Part shown: piece after piece, positions 59,606 to 64,000 of the stretch
Layout of the letters: each line of letters begins with the position of its first letter
How positions within the stretch are numbered: the first letter of the stretch is position 1
Assembly: GCA_965240325.2 (NCBI GenBank)
Contig: OZ251224.1
Span: forward strand, 3,286,001 to 3,350,000
Direction of reading: 5' to 3'
DNA length: 64,000 nt
DNA from: Rebecca billardiae RCC1528
Lineage: Eukaryota > Protista > Haptophyta
Position numbers and translations under genes: made by a program
The notes under the pieces: generated by a model
Database searches by the model: none
What the model was told of the DNA's origin: nothing
Seen by the model: the letters and a program-made list of their open reading frames with translations, nothing else

Positions 59606-62600
59606 ATGCTCTTGCGCGTGGTCGTCCCACCTGGCTCGTCCCCGGGAGAAGAGCTCGAGCTCGTCCCCCACGACGGACGGCACGTGCGCGTGACCATTCC
59701 AGCAGGTCTCGCGCCCGGCCAGGTCTTCCACGCTGCACTCCCAGTCGATGGAGCGGGGGCGGGCGCCGCTGGCGCCGCCGCCTCACTGCCGCACCGTCAG
59801 GCGAGCGAGCCACGGCAGGGACCGCCGACACCACCAGCTCGTGCAGCGCTCCCTGCTCCAACGCACGCTCCCAGCGCGGATGGCAGCAGTGGTCGCGTGC
59901 GCCTGGGGACCTCGGCATGTGCGTGCCTTGCCTTCTTCTTCCTGTTCATCTCCAGCCTTTGGGTTGCGTCGATGTCTGTCCTCTTCTGGACCATGCTGAT
60001 TCTGGGCGGCGTGTCTGCCTTCTGCTTCTTCGCCTGCCTTCGCTCTGGGTACGTGGACGGCGACAGTGCTGAGCGTGCGACCGCGGGCGCCGAGTCGGGC
60101 GACTCGGCGACGCTCGCGCTCGGCATTGTGAACAAGCGTGGTCGCCGTTCGATCCGCGCCGCCCGGTGGCGCCGTCGCGTCGTCGCGGCATTCTGTGCGG
60201 TGCTGCTGGTGGTGATTGGCCTTGCACTGCTCGGCGCTGGGTACTTCACGAGGGTATGGCTCATTGTTGCCCACGCAGCATATTGTGCGCCGCTGCTTGT
60301 CGGTGTGCTCCTGGCCTCGCTCTGGCGCCCTCTTGCGGTTCTCGAGCGCGGTCACCTCCAGCAGCCTGCAGGCATCTCCGGGGACTCGGCTGCAGCTTGG
60401 CGCGCGCGAATGAGCAGCAGCACTACCACTACCACCAGCATCAGCCTCCGCGACCGCAACATCGTCGATGCCGGCGTCGGCTCTCGTGGTGGAGATGCAG
60501 CAGCTGCTACTCGCGCGAGCGATGCCGAGGCACCGCCACCCGCGGGATGGTTACCGCTGCATGTGCATCCTGCAAATCGCGCCGCCAACACGGCACCAGC
60601 GGCGCGCAAGCCTCACCGCGCTTCTTCACTGCAGCCGTACCGTGGGGGGCATGCGGTTGCAAAGTACGTGGTCGTCTCGACAGAGGTGGCACTCGGCGCG
60701 CTCGGCGCGCTGGACACAGCGACGGACGAGGGGAGTGCGCTCGACATGGGTGCGTTGGAGAAGCGCGCCAAGCGCGGCGTCGTACGCATGTTGCTGCCCA
60801 AGGGCGACGCCTTTGCCATGCTGAGCTACACAAGCGCGCTCAAACGCTCGCGCAACGGGCGAGCGATGCTGCGCGGTGCTCTCGAGCACATGCGCGCGCG
60901 TGGGTTCGATTTGGTGTGGTGGGACTGGCTGATTGTAGACGAGGGCGAAGGGCGGCCGTACGTGCAGGCTGAGTTTGAGAGCGCCATGCAGTGGGCGGCG
61001 GAGTACGCCGCGCGCGTCTTCGTCGCCTGGCCCACGTCGGCGGGCGCGCGATACTACCTCAGCCGGCCGTGGTGCGTCGCGGAGCTCGCCGCAGCCGTGC
61101 GCCGCGATGCTCACGAGGTCCTTCTGTGGGAGGAGCCCGGCGCCTACGCCTCCGGAGGCCGGGTTGGCGGGCGCACCTTCTTTGGCGGGTTGGCGTGCGC
61201 CATGCTCGTTGGCTTCGTCTACGTGTCCCTTGTGGCAAGTGCCTTTCTGGATGCGCGCGGCCCGCCCACGTACGATGTGGCCAGCCGACGCACTGCGCTG
61301 TCAGACGAGCACAGGAATGAGCGTGCGTTGCGCGTATGGCTCGGAAGCTGGATTGCCTACCAGATCGCCTGCTTCGTCATCTTCGTCGGAGCGATGGGCG
61401 TGGTGCGCGCGCTCCGCGCCGACGGCGACTTTGCTCTCTACGCTGAGGAGTACCCAATGGATATGCTCCTCCTGCTGCAGCACATGACCGCTGGCGCTCA
61501 CCGCGTGCCGCCCCACAGCTCGCCCGAGGCATCCGGCGCGGCGGTGCGCGGCGGTGCTCCTGGCGGTGCGGCCGTGCCAAGCTCAGTGGCGCGCGGCAAT
61601 GGTACCGTGCCAGGTGCTGCAGCCGCTGCGCCGAGCTCGCAGGGCGAGGTGACGGCGCGGCACCTGCGGCGCTTCGGCCACCTGCGTGGTTCAATGTTTG
61701 ACGTCGGAGATGCTCCTACGTGTGCCAAGGTGCTCGGCATCCGAGCAGCTGCGCCGTTCACCTTTGACCAATGCCTGCTCGCGTACACGCGCGCAGCGCT
61801 CAGCGCCGGCCTGACGGCAAATGGTGTGGCGGACGCGCTCGCGTTGAGGCTGGGGTCGATGACGAGCATACCACACCGTTCGATCGACGATTTCGGCAGC
61901 GCGCGCTGGCTGCGTGGCTGGGACGCGGCCGGACCGGTCGGTGGGGCGCGCGCAGAGGCGGCCGCCGCAGCTGCCGCCTCGTCTGTCGCAGCGCTCTCAC
62001 CCGACTACGTGGCGCCGCTCAGCCTATGCCTCTCGTCGCGCGCTGGCGATGGCGTCGTGCTTCGCCGCGTGCTCTGCTCAGGCCCCACGCTCCGGCGCTG
62101 GCTCGTCTTATACGCGTGCGCGATGCTGCTGGTCGCGGCCATGCCCTTGGTCGGCTTCGTCAGCGACGTGCTGGTCGTGCCTGGCCGGTGGTTGCGCGCT
62201 GCGCTTGCTCTGCGGTGGTTTGGGGGAAGCTTCGCTGTGTACCTGCTGCTCACGGCGCCGCCACTCGGAGCGGTGTTGCGGGGCACGCTCACCTTCACTG
62301 GTACCTCGCCGTCGCTGATGCAGCACGAACTTCTGACAGTGCTCGCTGTTCAAGCCTGCACGCAAGCGCTCATCCTGACTGCGCTCATCGGCTGGTTCGC
62401 AGCGTACATCCGTGCTCGGCTTGCCTTCCCCCTCATGATCGCAGCGGTCGTGGTACCAAGCACTGGCGTTGTCATTGGCGTTGTCGTTGTCGTGGTCTCG
62501 GTGCTCTCGAGCACACGGCGGCCAGGCAGCGCAGCGGCGGCAGTGCCGTTTGGCCACCATGGCTGGCTTGGCACTGCGTATGACACACCCATCCGCCTGG

Positions 62601-62680
62601 TGACAAACGTCTGGCTCTGGCTATTCTTCCCTGTGAGTGCAGCGCTCCTACGCTGTGTCCATTCGCGCCGTGTGCTCTAA
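59606..62680 (+). CDS. Multi-pass membrane protein with an internal TIR/HET-like domain
   Basis: Single long ORF with many hydrophobic helices; soluble segment DAFAMLSYT...RARGFDLVWWDWL...AARVFVAW...YLSRPWCVAELAAA. Confidence 0.7.
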   Translation: MLLRVVVPPGSSPGEELELVPHDGRHVRVTIPAGLAPGQVFHAALPVDGAGAGAAGAAASLPHRQASEPRQGPPTPPARAALPAPTHAPSADGSSGRVRLGTSACACLAFFFLFISSLWVASMSVLFWTMLILGGVSAFCFFACLRSGYVDGDSAERATAGAESGDSATLALGIVNKRGRRSIRAARWRRRVVAAFCAVLLVVIGLALLGAGYFTRVWLIVAHAAYCAPLLVGVLLASLWRPLAVLERGHLQQPAGISGDSAAAWRARMSSSTTTTTSISLRDRNIVDAGVGSRGGDAAAATRASDAEAPPPAGWLPLHVHPANRAANTAPAARKPHRASSLQPYRGGHAVAKYVVVSTEVALGALGALDTATDEGSALDMGALEKRAKRGVVRMLLPKGDAFAMLSYTSALKRSRNGRAMLRGALEHMRARGFDLVWWDWLIVDEGEGRPYVQAEFESAMQWAAEYAARVFVAWPTSAGARYYLSRPWCVAELAAAVRRDAHEVLLWEEPGAYASGGRVGGRTFFGGLACAMLVGFVYVSLVASAFLDARGPPTYDVASRRTALSDEHRNERALRVWLGSWIAYQIACFVIFVGAMGVVRALRADGDFALYAEEYPMDMLLLLQHMTAGAHRVPPHSSPEASGAAVRGGAPGGAAVPSSVARGNGTVPGAAAAAPSSQGEVTARHLRRFGHLRGSMFDVGDAPTCAKVLGIRAAAPFTFDQCLLAYTRAALSAGLTANGVADALALRLGSMTSIPHRSIDDFGSARWLRGWDAAGPVGGARAEAAAAAAASSVAALSPDYVAPLSLCLSSRAGDGVVLRRVLCSGPTLRRWLVLYACAMLLVAAMPLVGFVSDVLVVPGRWLRAALALRWFGGSFAVYLLLTAPPLGAVLRGTLTFTGTSPSLMQHELLTVLAVQACTQALILTALIGWFAAYIRARLAFPLMIAAVVVPSTGVVIGVVVVVVSVLSSTRRPGSAAAAVPFGHHGWLGTAYDTPIRLVTNVWLWLFFPVSAALLRCVHSRRVL

Positions 62681-62792
62681 GTTACAGGCCTGCGTTCGTA
62701 AGTCATGATGTGTCAATATAACTGTGATATGTGTATATGTGTATGTCAGTGCATGTGTATCATAGAGAGAGAGAGAAGTGTGCTGTAGTAGT

Positions 62793-62801
<9 letters not shown>

Positions 62802-62884
<83 letters not shown>
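62802..62884. repeat. (GA)n microsatellite preceded by (GTA)n
   Basis: Direct observation. Confidence 0.97.
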
Positions 62885-62888
<4 letters not shown>

Positions 62889-62892
62889 AGAG

Positions 62893-63310
62893 TTATTTAT
62901 TCAACGACGTAGTTAGTCGTCGTGGTATATGCATGCAACGGGCAGGCGTCAGAGTCAGCAAGCTGTAGCAGCAGATCGGGCAGCAGGGACAAACACCAGG
63001 ATCATGCAGCGCTCCTCGCCGTCGTCTCCCCCCCCTCGTAGTCGCCCATCACTCCATCGCCGAGCGGAAGGCCGGAAGCCCGAAGCACCGTCAGGCGTCA
63101 GTCGACGTGCGCACCCCACCGCCGGGTGCACGCGCGCCATAATACTGTAAATAAATGTACTGCTTGTAACTTATTCACGACTACGCGGCATGGCAGACGT
63201 CAGGCTGAGTGCACAGGCACATAGAATGCGTCCGCGCCTTCCGACCAGGTCAGGCAGTGCACCACCCGCAGCCCTGGGAACCCCCTACTGGAGCGGGGCA
63301 GGGATACCGG
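62893..63310 (-). mobile_element. Two adjacent LINE/SINE-like 3'-end fragments (62893-63037 subfamily 2; 63165-63310 subfamily 1)
   Basis: Similarity to 53101-53217 and 13858-14000 respectively. Confidence 0.6.
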
Positions 63311-64000
63311 AGCAGCATTCCTTAGCACTACAGTATAGCAGTGCCCCTCCTAACTCAGTGACTCAGTCACTGTCAGCTCAGCCTCAGCACCCTGCCTCTG
63401 CCCGTGGGCGTGGGGCCTCACGCGGTGGCGACGGCACGGTGACGGTCAGTCAGCAGGGGTTCATCACACCGAGCAGGCTATAATAACTGCTTGTTTGTAC
63501 GTAGTAAGCTATATTATCCGGGGTACGTAGTTGGCAGTCTAACTCTGGCGTCCCTGCTGATGAGTGATGCTGGCGTGTCTGACGAGACGTGCCACGCCCA
63601 CTGCGCACTCGTGTCAACTCAAGTGGCGTCATGGCGTAGCCGTAACTAATACTACTACATATATATATATATATATAGAGCACATATATATATATATAGC
63701 TTTTTAAATTACTCCGACGTAGGCTCGAGTGCCATTATGACACTCGGCGTAGTACCGCCGTTAGTACCGTAGGGCGAGTCGGTCAATGTGAGTTATACTC
63801 ATCGTGAGTCGTAGTGAGTCGTGAGCTAGCAGTGTCGAGTGACTCGAGTGATTCGTCGACCGCTGCGGAGCTTACGGCACAGCGGCACTGATGTGCATAG
63901 CAGCAGCTCATGACACCACAGCAGGTGCCGGCGTCACTGGCGCAGGCACTGGGAAGATGCTGGCGGCGGCAGTCTCAGTGAGTCCAGCGCCGTCGTGATG

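Overview
This is very GC-rich eukaryotic nuclear DNA with short GC-rich spliceosomal introns (GT-AG and GC-AG) and compact head-to-head gene pairs. A flagellated protist is likely; a haptophyte such as Pavlovales is a guess. About 20 protein genes are supported, including an amidoligase-2, rhomboid, sulfotransferase, Ulp1-like protease fragment, LRR-TRP-like channel, Zn-finger/ankyrin protein, cNMP-binding protein, HADHB-like thiolase, SRR1, GT10 fucosyltransferase, PITAIRE CDK, MFS transporter, TFIIIC subunit-6-like, DUF1295, CFAP73-like and a TIR/HET-like multi-pass membrane protein. The most striking structure is non-coding: four complete foldback DNA elements, each with long terminal inverted repeats, CA...TG ends and a perfect 7-bp target-site duplication (P/Galileo-like). 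Three are about 1.1 kb. One is a 6-kb palindrome built from mirror-image 214-bp tandem arrays. All four lie just 5' of genes, and two split very short divergent promoters. TA-targeting MITE ends (one pair bracketing a whole gene), probable Tc1/mariner excision footprints and 5'-truncated LINE-like ends are also present. All calls come from reading the sequence by eye; no database search was run.
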